Source of the DNA: a virus
Taxonomy: Duplodnaviria; Caudoviricetes
IMG/VR virus record: IMGVR_UViG_3300034283_001738
Location: 1 to 59,131 of that record
DNA: 59,131 nucleotides
Direction: 5' to 3' (one strand)
The translations under genes were made by a program, and so were the position numbers. The notes under the pieces were generated by a model that searched no databases, was not told where the DNA came from, and saw nothing but the letters and a program-made list of their open reading frames with translations. Position 1 is the stretch's first letter, and the number at the start of each line of letters is the position of its first letter. Positions 18,828 through 28,294 of this stretch are shown piece by piece.

Positions 18828-21800
18828 ATGTCATTTGTACATCTACATGTACATTCCTATTATTCATTAATGGATGGCCTTAACTCTCCTGCCGATCTTG
18901 TTAAAGCAGCAAAAGATGCTGGTCAGTCCTCTATTGCAATAACAGATCATGGCACATTGGCATCGCATAGAGAATTTCAGATAGCATGTAAAGAAAATGA
19001 TGTAAAGCCCATACTGGGCGTAGAGGCATACATTTCTCCGACAGACAGATTTGATAGGTCTTCAAAGACTGATAAATCAATTCAGGCTTACAACCACATT
19101 ATCCTACTTGCAAAAAATAAAAAGGGTCTTGAGAATATAAACGCACTACAAGAACTGGCTTGGAATGAAGGTTTTTATCATAAGCCAAGAATTGACAGGG
19201 AGATTTTAAAAGAATATGCAGAAGGTATTATTGTTCTTAGCGGATGCCTTAATGGCCTTGTTAGTAAGTGCATTGAACGCCAGGAGTTCTCAGAAGCCAA
19301 ACTTATACTCAAAGACTTTAAACAGACTTTTGGCGAAGATTTTTATGTTGAAGTACAATCTCATAATCCAAAAGAAGTAAATGATAAGTTGCTTGAGCTT
19401 GCTGATGAATTAAAAATTAAGGCGGTGGCAACAGGGGACGCACATTTTGCAAAAGGGGAAGATAAGGTACTAGAAGAGGCAATGCTCATATTGTCTACAA
19501 ACCCCAAGATGGATAAAGAAGCTGACTTTGAAATGTCTCGCAACATGAAGGATATGCTAGATAGATTTAATTACTTGTATCCAGACAGAAGAATTTCATT
19601 TCAAGATTATAATCTTTTTATTCAGACTTACGATGAAATTTCAGAAGACTTCCGTAAAGCAGGAATTCAGCGCACAGATATTTATCAAAATACACTAGAG
19701 ATTGCCAATAAAGTCGAGGAGTATGATTTCTACAAAGGTCTAGACTTATTGCCTGTGCCCAAAAGAAATGCAGATGAGAAATTAAAAGAGTTAGCATACG
19801 AGGGGCTAAAGGCAAAAGGGTTAGATCAAGATGTTAATTATATTGAGCGTGTTGAAGAAGAGTTGAAAATAATTAAAGACAAGAAGTTTGCTTCATATTT
19901 CTTGGTTATTGCTGACATGATTAATTGGGCCAAAACAAATTCCATTATGGTTGGTCCAGGTCGTGGTTCTGCAGCAGGCTCTTTAGTTTGCTACTCATTA
20001 GGAATTACAGATGTTGACCCAATTAAATATGATCTACTCTTTTTCAGATTCATTAATCCAGAGAGAAATGACTTCCCAGATATCGATACCGACTTTGAGG
20101 ATCGACGCCGCAAAGAGGTCAAGAACTACTTGAAGAAGAAATTCAAACATGTTGCCTCCATTTCTACTTATACTTATTTTAAAGATAAGGGAGTCGTCCG
20201 AGATGCAGCACGTGTATTCATGGTTCCACTTTCCGATGTAAACCGTGCCCTTAAATCAATTGACACATTTGAAGATTATTTAGAGTCTCCAAACACAAGA
20301 GAGTTTAGAACTAAGTATCCAGAAGTGACTTGGCTTGCAGAAAGACTACGTGGCAAAATTAGAAGCGTAGGAGTCCATGCTGCTGGTGTTGTTGTCGCTA
20401 AAGATGATATTAGAAACTACGCACCAATTGAGTCTCGTGAAGATGCACAAGATAAGGTGTCTGGAAGAATTCCAGTAGTTGCATACGATATGGATACTGT
20501 TGCCGATATAGGTCTAATTAAATTAGATGCCCTAGGACTTAAAACCCTTTCGGTTATTTCAGATACACTGTCTTCTGTAAAAGAAAGATATGGAAAAGAA
20601 ATTAACTTGTCAAGTATACCATTAGACGATGCTGCTATATATAAAAGCTTAAGCGATGGCTATACCATGGGAGTGTTTCAGGCTGAAGCGACACCATACA
20701 CAAACTTGCTAATAAGAATGCAGGTTTCTACTTTTGAAGACCTCGCAGCTTCCAATGCTTTGGTAAGACCAGGGGCAATGGACACAGTGGGACTATCTTA
20801 CATAAAAAGAAAACATGGTCAGGAAGCAGTTAAATATATCCACCCCATAATGAGACCATTTACAGAAAACACTTACGGTGTAATTATCTATCAAGAGCAG
20901 GTTATGCAGGCCTGTGTATACTTAGGGGGAATGACCTGGTCTGAAGCAGACAAGGTGAGAAAGGTTATTGGAAAGAAGCAGGATGCAAAAGAACTCAGTC
21001 CATTTAAAGATAAATTTATTCAAGGCGCTACACAGCATATCAGCAAAGAAGAAGCAGAGCACCTCTGGAAGACCTTTGAAGCCCATGCAGGCTACTCGTT
21101 CAATAGGTCTCATGCTGTTGCTTACTCTATGCTTTCTTATTATACCGCTTGGCTTAAGCATCATTATCCTCTTGAATTTTTATTCTCGATCCTTAAAAAC
21201 GAAAACGACAAAGATGCAAGAACAGAATATCTGATTGAGGCAAAAAGATTAGGTCTTAAGATAAAGTTGCCTCATGTCAATGAGTCAGAAATTTATTTTT
21301 CATTGCAAAAAGACTCAATTAGATTTGGTTTGGCAGAAGTTAAGTTTATATCAGATAACATTGCTAATAAGATTATGGAGCAAAGGCCTTATAAGGATTA
21401 TGCTGACTTTATTTCAAAAGCCTCTAAGAAGGGCAGTGGAATAAACTCTAGGGCTATAGCTGCATTAAATGCTATAGGTGGCGCAGCCTTTGAGGATAAT
21501 CCCAGAACTGGAAAAGAAGAGAATAACTATTATGAGTTTTTGAACATACCACAATTTAATGTTGGCATGAATCCTAAAATTAAAGCTCAGGCTAGACCTA
21601 TCGTAGAGTTCGATGACTTAGGATCATTCCCAATGTTTGGTATGGTTAAAAATATTAAGCGTGGGTCTGGCTGGTCAAGAGTTGAGTTAGTAGACGAGAG
21701 TGGTTCAGTTGGTCTTTTCCATAACGAACAAACTCCAATAGAGACTGGAAAGATGTATTTTATTCTGGTGGGAGACAATAGAATATCTCGTTATGTAAAA

Positions 21801-22094
21801 GTAGATGATATTAAAGAAGATTCTGATGATATATTTATAAAATATTTATACTCAAGTGGATATGATATTGACGAGGAGCAGAGGATTGTGATAAGCTTTA
21901 CTCCTTACAAAACAAAACAAGGCAAAACTATGGCTCATATAGTTATGTCTGATAAAGATAAGAACCTTACAAGAGCAATTGCGTTTTCTAGCATGTATCC
22001 AATAGCCTTGGCAAAAATGCGTGAAGGAATGATATGTACGCCTATTCTAAAGAAATTAGATGACGGCACTTTAATGATAAAGGAGATAAAGTGA
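18828..22094 (+). CDS. dnaE: DNA polymerase III alpha subunit
   Basis: PHP domain HLHVHSYYSLMDG, GPGRGSAAGS, PDIDTDF, GYSFNRSH; no intein visible. Confidence 0.97.
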   Translation: MSFVHLHVHSYYSLMDGLNSPADLVKAAKDAGQSSIAITDHGTLASHREFQIACKENDVKPILGVEAYISPTDRFDRSSKTDKSIQAYNHIILLAKNKKGLENINALQELAWNEGFYHKPRIDREILKEYAEGIIVLSGCLNGLVSKCIERQEFSEAKLILKDFKQTFGEDFYVEVQSHNPKEVNDKLLELADELKIKAVATGDAHFAKGEDKVLEEAMLILSTNPKMDKEADFEMSRNMKDMLDRFNYLYPDRRISFQDYNLFIQTYDEISEDFRKAGIQRTDIYQNTLEIANKVEEYDFYKGLDLLPVPKRNADEKLKELAYEGLKAKGLDQDVNYIERVEEELKIIKDKKFASYFLVIADMINWAKTNSIMVGPGRGSAAGSLVCYSLGITDVDPIKYDLLFFRFINPERNDFPDIDTDFEDRRRKEVKNYLKKKFKHVASISTYTYFKDKGVVRDAARVFMVPLSDVNRALKSIDTFEDYLESPNTREFRTKYPEVTWLAERLRGKIRSVGVHAAGVVVAKDDIRNYAPIESREDAQDKVSGRIPVVAYDMDTVADIGLIKLDALGLKTLSVISDTLSSVKERYGKEINLSSIPLDDAAIYKSLSDGYTMGVFQAEATPYTNLLIRMQVSTFEDLAASNALVRPGAMDTVGLSYIKRKHGQEAVKYIHPIMRPFTENTYGVIIYQEQVMQACVYLGGMTWSEADKVRKVIGKKQDAKELSPFKDKFIQGATQHISKEEAEHLWKTFEAHAGYSFNRSHAVAYSMLSYYTAWLKHHYPLEFLFSILKNENDKDARTEYLIEAKRLGLKIKLPHVNESEIYFSLQKDSIRFGLAEVKFISDNIANKIMEQRPYKDYADFISKASKKGSGINSRAIAALNAIGGAAFEDNPRTGKEENNYYEFLNIPQFNVGMNPKIKAQARPIVEFDDLGSFPMFGMVKNIKRGSGWSRVELVDESGSVGLFHNEQTPIETGKMYFILVGDNRISRYVKVDDIKEDSDDIFIKYLYSSGYDIDEEQRIVISFTPYKTKQGKTMAHIVMSDKDKNLTRAIAFSSMYPIALAKMREGMICTPILKKLDDGTLMIKEIK

Positions 22095-22315
22095 CACAAA
22101 CACCAGAAGAAATATTTGAAGCAATGAATGCTTCTAGAATTTTGGTAGCAATATTAACCAAGTTGGGCTCAGTAGAAATACCAACAGAATTGTTTATGTC
22201 TTCAAATAATAAAGACAAGCAACTATCTGTTACATACAATGATGAAACACTTTCTTTTGAATTTAAATTGCGTGAAGATGGTGATGATCAAGAATATGAA
22301 CTCGTTAATGACTGA
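22091..22315 (+). CDS. Hypothetical protein
   Basis: 74 aa; GTGA overlap. Confidence 0.65.
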   Translation: MTQTPEEIFEAMNASRILVAILTKLGSVEIPTELFMSSNNKDKQLSVTYNDETLSFEFKLREDGDDQEYELVND

Positions 22316-22637
22316 TTATGGACTTGATGCATTGTCAGCGGTATTGCACGAAACTGCTAAGGAGAAAGGGTTTTGGGACGGAGAATATTCATATGACAAA
22401 GTTGGTAACAAGTTAGCTTTAGTGCATTCTGAAGTCACTGAAGTTCTAGAAGCAATCAGAAAAAACCAAGGTTCTGAAAAGGTTGTAGAAGAAATCGCAG
22501 ATATTATTATTAGAATTTTAGATTTATATGCTGCGATGAGAAATGAAGAACATGTAATACATAGTTTAGACGAAATATTACAAAATAAAATTAATAAAAA
22601 CAATTTACGTCCTAGACTTCACGGAAATTTGTTTTAA
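22308..22637 (+). CDS. MazG-like NTP pyrophosphohydrolase
   Basis: LALVHSEVTEVLEAIRK...EEIADIIIRILD. Confidence 0.85.
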   Translation: MTDYGLDALSAVLHETAKEKGFWDGEYSYDKVGNKLALVHSEVTEVLEAIRKNQGSEKVVEEIADIIIRILDLYAAMRNEEHVIHSLDEILQNKINKNNLRPRLHGNLF

Positions 22638-22665
22638 TGCTATACTTACATAAAGAAAGAGAATA

Positions 22666-23670
22666 ATGACAATACAAATAGATGATATATTAGCAAAGCT
22701 TGACCCTAAAACAAGAAATAGGGTGCAGTCTGCAGTAGATGTTACTGTTGAAAAGCAACCCACTCCTAGCATTGGACTAAACTTGGCATTACGTGGAGGA
22801 CTTGGCTTTGGAAGACAGGTTTTAGTTTGGGGCAATAAGTCTGCTGGTAAGTCATCATTCTGCTTGCAAATGATTGCAGAGGCTCAAAAGGCAGGAAAAA
22901 CTTGCGCCTGGATAGACGCAGAGCACTCATATGATAAATCTTGGGCTGAAAAGTTGGGCGTAAATTCAGAAGAGTTAATATATTCATCTGCCAAAACAGT
23001 TAATGATATGGTAGATGTTGCAACACAACTGATGGATGCTGAAGTGGATATAATTGTTGTTGACTCCATATCTGCTTTATTGCCAGCCATATATTTTGAA
23101 AAAGATAGCTCAGAACTCAAAAAGCTTGAGGACACTAAGCAAATAGGAGCAGAAGCAAAGGATATGACCCATGCGGTCAAAATGTTAAATTATGCAAACA
23201 AAAATACATTACTTGTACTCATTTCACAGCAAAGAAACCAATTTGGATCTATGCATGCCAGCCACATACCAACAGGAGGAATGGCAGTCAAGTTCTTCTC
23301 ATCAACAGTCATCAAGCTTTGGTCTTCTGAAGCCGAGGCTAATGCTATTAAAGCTGGTGTTAAAGTTGGCGACAAGATTATTGAACAAAGAATCGGAAGG
23401 CCAGTCAATTGGATTATTGATTACAACAAGCTTGGGCCCCCAAATTTATCAGGGCAATATGACTTTTACTTCCAAGGAGAATCTTTAGGAGTCGACTCTG
23501 TAGGAGAAACACTAGACGTTGCAGAAATGTGCGGTGTTATAGAAAAAGGTGGAGCCTGGTATACAATTGGTGAAGAAAGATTTCAGGGTAGGGCAAAGGC
23601 CGTACAGTATCTACGTGATAATCCAAATGTTGTTGAGGAGTTGAATAATAAAATATATGCCAAGCATTAA
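22666..23670 (+). CDS. recA: RecA-like recombinase
   Basis: GNKSAGKSS, WIDAEH, IVVDSI, TGGMAVKFFSS, KGGAWY, QGR. Confidence 0.95.
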   Translation: MTIQIDDILAKLDPKTRNRVQSAVDVTVEKQPTPSIGLNLALRGGLGFGRQVLVWGNKSAGKSSFCLQMIAEAQKAGKTCAWIDAEHSYDKSWAEKLGVNSEELIYSSAKTVNDMVDVATQLMDAEVDIIVVDSISALLPAIYFEKDSSELKKLEDTKQIGAEAKDMTHAVKMLNYANKNTLLVLISQQRNQFGSMHASHIPTGGMAVKFFSSTVIKLWSSEAEANAIKAGVKVGDKIIEQRIGRPVNWIIDYNKLGPPNLSGQYDFYFQGESLGVDSVGETLDVAEMCGVIEKGGAWYTIGEERFQGRAKAVQYLRDNPNVVEELNNKIYAKH

Positions 23671-23851
23671 TGAATTTATTGGACCTAAGCCAACAGAAGT
23701 ACAAAATAAAAACATAGAATTAATTATTGGAAGTAAGCCATGCTCAAAATGTGATCTAGACTCTTCAGAGTATTTTTGGGATACCGTTAACTTCATTATG
23801 ACTTGGACTTGCCCCAATGGACACAATAACTCTTTAAAGGTTAACTCATGA
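23657..23851 (+). CDS. Small Zn-binding protein
   Basis: CSKC...CPNGH. Confidence 0.65.
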   Translation: MPSINEFIGPKPTEVQNKNIELIIGSKPCSKCDLDSSEYFWDTVNFIMTWTCPNGHNNSLKVNS

Positions 23852-24156
23852 CCGAAAGAGGCGAAGCAAAACGTGACGGGGCAAAGCAGCAAAAAAATAG
23901 TGGGCGTGGAGACTACAGTAAGGGTGATGCTCAATGGAAAAGTTTTGTTGTAGATTATAAAGAATATTCATCAAGCATATCAATATCTGAAAAGATGTGG
24001 GCAAAGATTTGTACTGATACCTTCAAGGTAAATAGAGACAAGTATCCAGTACTAAAGCTGGTCTTGGGTTCCGAAAGTAACAAGACAAGACTAGCAGTGA
24101 TTGAATGGGCGTTATTAGAAGAGCTAATGGATGCCTGGGAGAACAGGGAGATATAG
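23848..24156 (+). CDS. Holliday junction resolvase-like PD-(D/E)XK nuclease
   Basis: NSGRG...KGD...VVDYK...W pattern of phage Hjc-like resolvases. Confidence 0.65.
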   Translation: MTERGEAKRDGAKQQKNSGRGDYSKGDAQWKSFVVDYKEYSSSISISEKMWAKICTDTFKVNRDKYPVLKLVLGSESNKTRLAVIEWALLEELMDAWENREI

Positions 24157-24158
24157 AG

Positions 24159-24536
24159 ATGCCAAATCCAACTATTACATTAGTAGGTAGGCTTGGTCAA
24201 GATCCAGCGCTTATAGGCGATAAAGGATTAAGACTGCGTGTGGTTACACATGATAGGGTGAAGAATGAAGAAACTGGAAAGTACGAAGATTCTGCTACCT
24301 CATGGTGGACCGTAAAGGTATGGGGTAGGTTAGCTGATCAGGCTAAATCTACTATTAAGAAGGGCCAAGAAGTAACTATTGTTGGAAAAATTTATGAAGA
24401 AAACTGGGTAGATAAGAGCGGCAACGAAAGAAGTTCTTACGAAGTCAAAGCCGATAGTGTAGCAGTTACATCATACAGTCTTCAAAAAGAAATTGCTTCT
24501 GATAGATTTTTTGAAGAGACAGAGGTTCCTTTCTAA
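24159..24536 (+). CDS. ssb: Bacterial-type single-stranded DNA-binding protein
   Basis: ITLVGRLGQDP, VKVWGRLAD, KKGQEVTIVG; C-terminal EVPF. Confidence 0.9.
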   Translation: MPNPTITLVGRLGQDPALIGDKGLRLRVVTHDRVKNEETGKYEDSATSWWTVKVWGRLADQAKSTIKKGQEVTIVGKIYEENWVDKSGNERSSYEVKADSVAVTSYSLQKEIASDRFFEETEVPF

Positions 24537-24697
24537 TGAAAGAAATTATTCTAACCACTTTAGTGGGTGCGGTTGTTGGTGGAGTATTTAGCGCCTTCAA
24601 GCTTCCAATTCCAGCCCCACCAGTATTTTCTGGTTTGATGGGCATAGTTGGACTATGGATTGGCTATGCTTTGGTTACGAAAGTAGTGGTTGGCTAA
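24536..24697 (+). CDS. XapX/DUF1427-like small membrane protein (not in ORF track)
   Basis: MKEIILTTLVGAVVGGVFSAFKLPIPAPPVFSGLMGIVGLWIGY; LPIPAPP lies between two TM helices. Confidence 0.8.
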   Translation: MKEIILTTLVGAVVGGVFSAFKLPIPAPPVFSGLMGIVGLWIGYALVTKVVVG

Positions 24698-25033
24698 ATG
24701 TCTGATGTGAACACTCTGGAACTCATTAACTCTATTACTGAATTCAATGACTTGCATGAATATATGAAAGATTCTCAGCTAGATAAAGCTTTGGCAATTG
24801 TGGTAAAATTGTTAATGAATCCAGATGTTCCCGCAGCAAAAGCTCCACAATTAATTATAGAATTGCAAGCAATGTCTACTAAATTTTCTATGATGGCATC
24901 TGTATATTCTACAATAGCAAAAGATAAAGCGGGAACAGTAAATAACAATAAGAAGAACATTTATTATTCAGCAAAGGAGTCTATAGACAAACTTGTGGAT
25001 GCCCTCAAGTATGTTGTGAGATATAATGGGTAG
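24698..25033 (+). CDS. Hypothetical helical protein
   Basis: 111 aa in a tight operon. Confidence 0.65.
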   Translation: MSDVNTLELINSITEFNDLHEYMKDSQLDKALAIVVKLLMNPDVPAAKAPQLIIELQAMSTKFSMMASVYSTIAKDKAGTVNNNKKNIYYSAKESIDKLVDALKYVVRYNG

Positions 25034-25802
25034 AGATATTGTAAATAACTTAAAGTTTAAAAAGATTTCTGGCAATTTTGATCCAGAAGCTTTTGGTAAA
25101 ATGCTAGATGATGCTTACCTTTCTACAAAAAGGGGAGACCAGTCTATGACAAAAACTTCTTTTAGCCCAAGCTCGTTGGGTTATGGTAGCGGTAATTGTC
25201 CAAGATACTGGTACTTAGCCTTTAGCGGTGCTGTATTTATAGACAACAATGATTCAATTGCTGTTGCTAATATGTCTCAAGGAACGCAAGCCCACGAAAG
25301 AATACAATCTATTATAAAAAAAATGGGGTTGCTAAAGCATGAAGAACAAGAAGTTATTAATGAATATCCACCTATCAGGGGCTTCATAGATGTCATAGTT
25401 GACTGGAATAATAAAGATGTAATTGGCGAAATAAAAACTGCAAAGCAAGAATCTTGGGATGTCTATAAGGCAAAAATGTCACCATCCCCAAACCATTTGC
25501 TACAACTTTTAACATATATGAAAATAAAAAATATACAGGAAGGGTTTTTTCTGTATGAAAATAAAAACACACAAGAGCTATTAATCATACCCATACAAAT
25601 GAATGATAAAAACACAAAGATTATCGAAGATTTATTTGTTTGGATGTGTGAGGTGTATGATAATTTTGTTAATGGTGATCTTCCGATTAGGCCATTTACA
25701 AAATCTAGTTCAGCATGTAAGTCATGCAAAATAAAAAAGGACTGCTGGGAAAAAGAAACTGGAACAGTTCAGATAGAAGCTTACGAGCCTATAAAGATAT
25801 GA
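25026..25802 (+). CDS. Cas4-like PD-(D/E)XK exonuclease with Fe-S cysteines
   Basis: SPSS...CPRYWY, GTQAH, GFID, EIKT, QLLTYM, CKSC...C. Confidence 0.85.
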   Translation: MGRDIVNNLKFKKISGNFDPEAFGKMLDDAYLSTKRGDQSMTKTSFSPSSLGYGSGNCPRYWYLAFSGAVFIDNNDSIAVANMSQGTQAHERIQSIIKKMGLLKHEEQEVINEYPPIRGFIDVIVDWNNKDVIGEIKTAKQESWDVYKAKMSPSPNHLLQLLTYMKIKNIQEGFFLYENKNTQELLIIPIQMNDKNTKIIEDLFVWMCEVYDNFVNGDLPIRPFTKSSSACKSCKIKKDCWEKETGTVQIEAYEPIKI

Positions 25803-26077
25803 AGTGTGCTAATAAAGATTGTGCTAAAGATTTTGAGCCAAAAACTCATAATCAAAAATATTGTTCTGATGATTGCTGTAGAGTTGCAACAAATAAAAAG
25901 ATCATGGAAAAGTATTATGAGAAAAAGGCAATAAGATCTGGGTCAAAAAGATATTGCAAGAAGTGCTCCTCTAGGCTTAGCAGATATAATCAACTCTCTA
26001 TATGTTCTAAATGTGAAAAGAATAACTCTTCATCAGATAGGTCTAAACTTTTGAGGATGATAAATGACATTAGCTAG
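25799..26077 (+). CDS. Cys-rich Zn-binding protein
   Basis: CANKDC...YCSDDC...CKKC...CSKC. Confidence 0.7.
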   Translation: MKCANKDCAKDFEPKTHNQKYCSDDCCRVATNKKIMEKYYEKKAIRSGSKRYCKKCSSRLSRYNQLSICSKCEKNNSSSDRSKLLRMINDIS

Positions 26078-26630
26078 CCTGGTTAAGACAAAGGCAAGTA
26101 GGGTTTTAGGCATAGATGCTTCTACAAATTCAGTAGCATTTTGTCTTTTAGAAAATAATAAACCAATTAAGTGGGGTAAAATTAATATAACTGGTAACGA
26201 TATATATGAGAAGATATATGATGCTAAAGTTAAAACTTCTGCAATGCTAAATGAATTAAAGTCAGACTATATAGCAGTAGAGGGAGCAATACTTGTCAGA
26301 TCCCCAGATGCTGTGATAAAATTATCTTATGTATACGGTGTCGTTATTGCTGAGCTTATGTCTACTGGGGCTAGTGTTATCACTATTTCTCCTTCATCTT
26401 GGCAGGCTCATATTGGAAATAAAAACCCAACAAAAATTGAGAAAGATAGACTTCGTAAAGAGAACCCTGGGTATGCTGATTCCTGGTATAAATCTAAAAT
26501 GAGGGAGATTAGAAAGCAGCGTACAGTAGATTATTTTAACAAAAAGTATGATTTGAAGCTAGATGATTTTGATGTGGCAGACTCATTTGGAATTGCTTAT
26601 TATGCAAATGAGGTTTTAACAAAGAGATGA
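26064..26630 (+). CDS. ruvC: RuvC-like Holliday junction resolvase
   Basis: VLGIDAS, IAVE, DVADSFGIA. Confidence 0.85.
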   Translation: MTLASLVKTKASRVLGIDASTNSVAFCLLENNKPIKWGKINITGNDIYEKIYDAKVKTSAMLNELKSDYIAVEGAILVRSPDAVIKLSYVYGVVIAELMSTGASVITISPSSWQAHIGNKNPTKIEKDRLRKENPGYADSWYKSKMREIRKQRTVDYFNKKYDLKLDDFDVADSFGIAYYANEVLTKR

Positions 26631-26767
26631 AGCTGTATAAAAGTAAGGACTGGCTACATAGGAGGTATGTAGTTCAGAGAAAATCTATGGAAGAAATTGC
26701 TAAAGAGTGTGGTGTAACTGTTATGACCATATACAGAGCATTAAAGGATAACGGTTTTATAAAATGA
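26627..26767 (+). CDS. 46-aa HTH protein (not in ORF track)
   Basis: MKLYKSKDWLHRRYVVQRKSMEEIAKECGVTVMTIYRALKDNGFIK; ATGA overlaps on both sides. Confidence 0.75.
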   Translation: MKLYKSKDWLHRRYVVQRKSMEEIAKECGVTVMTIYRALKDNGFIK

Positions 26768-27399
26768 TTATCGAAGACATAAAAAATAATTTTATTAATG
26801 ATTGGAATGAAACAGGAGTTTATCACTGCAAAGGCTTAATGAGTGATTTGCCAGACTGGAACTATATAGTTAATGTTCTTAATATTGCTACTAGAAAAAA
26901 AAATACAACACAAGAACAAAATATGGCGCCAGCCCAATATGAAGTTCCTTACAAAGATCTTTTTGCAATTAAAACATTATCGTACTCTAAAGAAAAGCCA
27001 AATGAGTTTGTTATTGAATCTGATGCCACTTTCTTTTTCTCTATATTTTTTGATCCACGTGATAGGCCTAAAATGATTTCCACATCTTTGTCAAATCAAA
27101 TTGATGAAATGGAAAACATTTTTGATATCTCTTTAAACTTTAGTTCTTTAAAAATTGCTTTATCAGAGAAATTTGTTCCTTATGAGAACCACAGTTGGCA
27201 CACATGCATAGTTCAAATTGCAGGAATTAATAAATGGGAGCTAAAGGATGATAGGCAAAATTTTAAAGAAACCTATATTTTAGAACCAGGTGATATTTTA
27301 TTTTTTAAAGAAGGAATATATCATCAAATTAGCAATGAAGGACCAAGGTCTTCTGTAGTAGGAAGATTTACACTAAATAGCGAGGTAGAAAATGCTTGA
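26764..27399 (+). CDS. JmjC/cupin-like oxygenase with atypical metal triad
   Basis: VQIAGINKW...LEPGDILFF...YH; paralogue of the gene at 45632. Confidence 0.7.
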   Translation: MIIEDIKNNFINDWNETGVYHCKGLMSDLPDWNYIVNVLNIATRKKNTTQEQNMAPAQYEVPYKDLFAIKTLSYSKEKPNEFVIESDATFFFSIFFDPRDRPKMISTSLSNQIDEMENIFDISLNFSSLKIALSEKFVPYENHSWHTCIVQIAGINKWELKDDRQNFKETYILEPGDILFFKEGIYHQISNEGPRSSVVGRFTLNSEVENA

Positions 27400-27721
27400 G
27401 CCAGTATTTCCAGATTCAAAAAGTTTTAATTGTCAGGACTTATATTTGCTCACAGTTGGTACAGAGGCTGGTAAAGAAATCCTTGAAACCTGCCACGAAA
27501 TTGCACATATGTTAGTTAAAAAGAATATTGCCTATGGTAATTCTGCTCTTAAGCCAATTAGAATATTTTCAAAGGCGGGACCAAGAGAACAACTTCATGT
27601 CCGCATTGATGATAAATTAAATAGGCTAATGAAGGGCACAGAGTATCCTGGAGACAATGATATTGATGATCTTATTGGATATTTAGTATTATTAAAGATT
27701 GCCAAGCAAATGTCTAGTTGA
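27392..27721 (+). CDS. Nucleotide-modification-associated domain (DUF1599/Nmad1-like) protein
   Basis: KKNIAYGNS...RIDDKLNRL...DLIGYLVL. Confidence 0.7.
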   Translation: MLEPVFPDSKSFNCQDLYLLTVGTEAGKEILETCHEIAHMLVKKNIAYGNSALKPIRIFSKAGPREQLHVRIDDKLNRLMKGTEYPGDNDIDDLIGYLVLLKIAKQMSS

Positions 27722-27746
27722 TTTTTTAGTCAACTAAGATTATAAT
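27715..27746 (+). promoter_or_regulatory. Promoter upstream of the terminase operon
   Basis: TTGATT-17-TATAAT; inverted repeat TAGTTGA-N8-TCAACTA over the -35; ATG 8 nt after the -10. Confidence 0.55.
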
Positions 27747-27754
27747 GTATATAT

Positions 27755-28294
27755 ATGGATATCGAATTAGCAGATCACTTTGATCGAATGAACAAGGTAG
27801 TTTCAGAACTACTTAAGGGTAATAATCCTACCCAAATTGCCACTCTAACGGGTTTTAAGAGGGCAGAAGTCTTGCAGTATATAGACGAGTGGAAAGAGGT
27901 CGTTAGAAGCGATTCTGGGGCTCGTGACAGGGCTAAAGAGGCAGTCTCTGGCGCCGATCAACACTACGCTATGCTTATAAAAGAGGCATGGAAAACTGTA
28001 GAGGACGCAGACCAAGCTGGACAATTAAATGTTAAGGCAACGGCATTAAAACTGATAGCTGATATCGAGGGCAAAAGAATTGGAATGCTTCAGGAAGTAG
28101 GGTTGCTAGATAATGCAGAGCTTGCTACTCAAATAGCAGAAACAGAAAAAAAGCAAGAAATTTTAGTTGGAATATTAAAGGATGTAACCGCTAGCTGTCC
28201 AAAGTGCAAGATGGAAGTTGCGAAAAGACTCTCGCAAATAACAGGAGTTGTGGAGCCTATTGTAATAAATCAAGAGGAATCTAGTGGATCTTAA
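27755..28294 (+). CDS. Putative terminase small subunit (N-terminal HTH)
   Basis: GNNPTQIATLTG HTH; directly upstream of and overlapping the large subunit. Confidence 0.55.
   Translation: MDIELADHFDRMNKVVSELLKGNNPTQIATLTGFKRAEVLQYIDEWKEVVRSDSGARDRAKEAVSGADQHYAMLIKEAWKTVEDADQAGQLNVKATALKLIADIEGKRIGMLQEVGLLDNAELATQIAETEKKQEILVGILKDVTASCPKCKMEVAKRLSQITGVVEPIVINQEESSGS

Noticed and set aside
25026-25802. Cas4-like gene as part of a CRISPR-Cas system
   Set aside because: No other cas genes and no repeat-spacer array; stand-alone Cas4-like nucleases are common in phage recombination modules.
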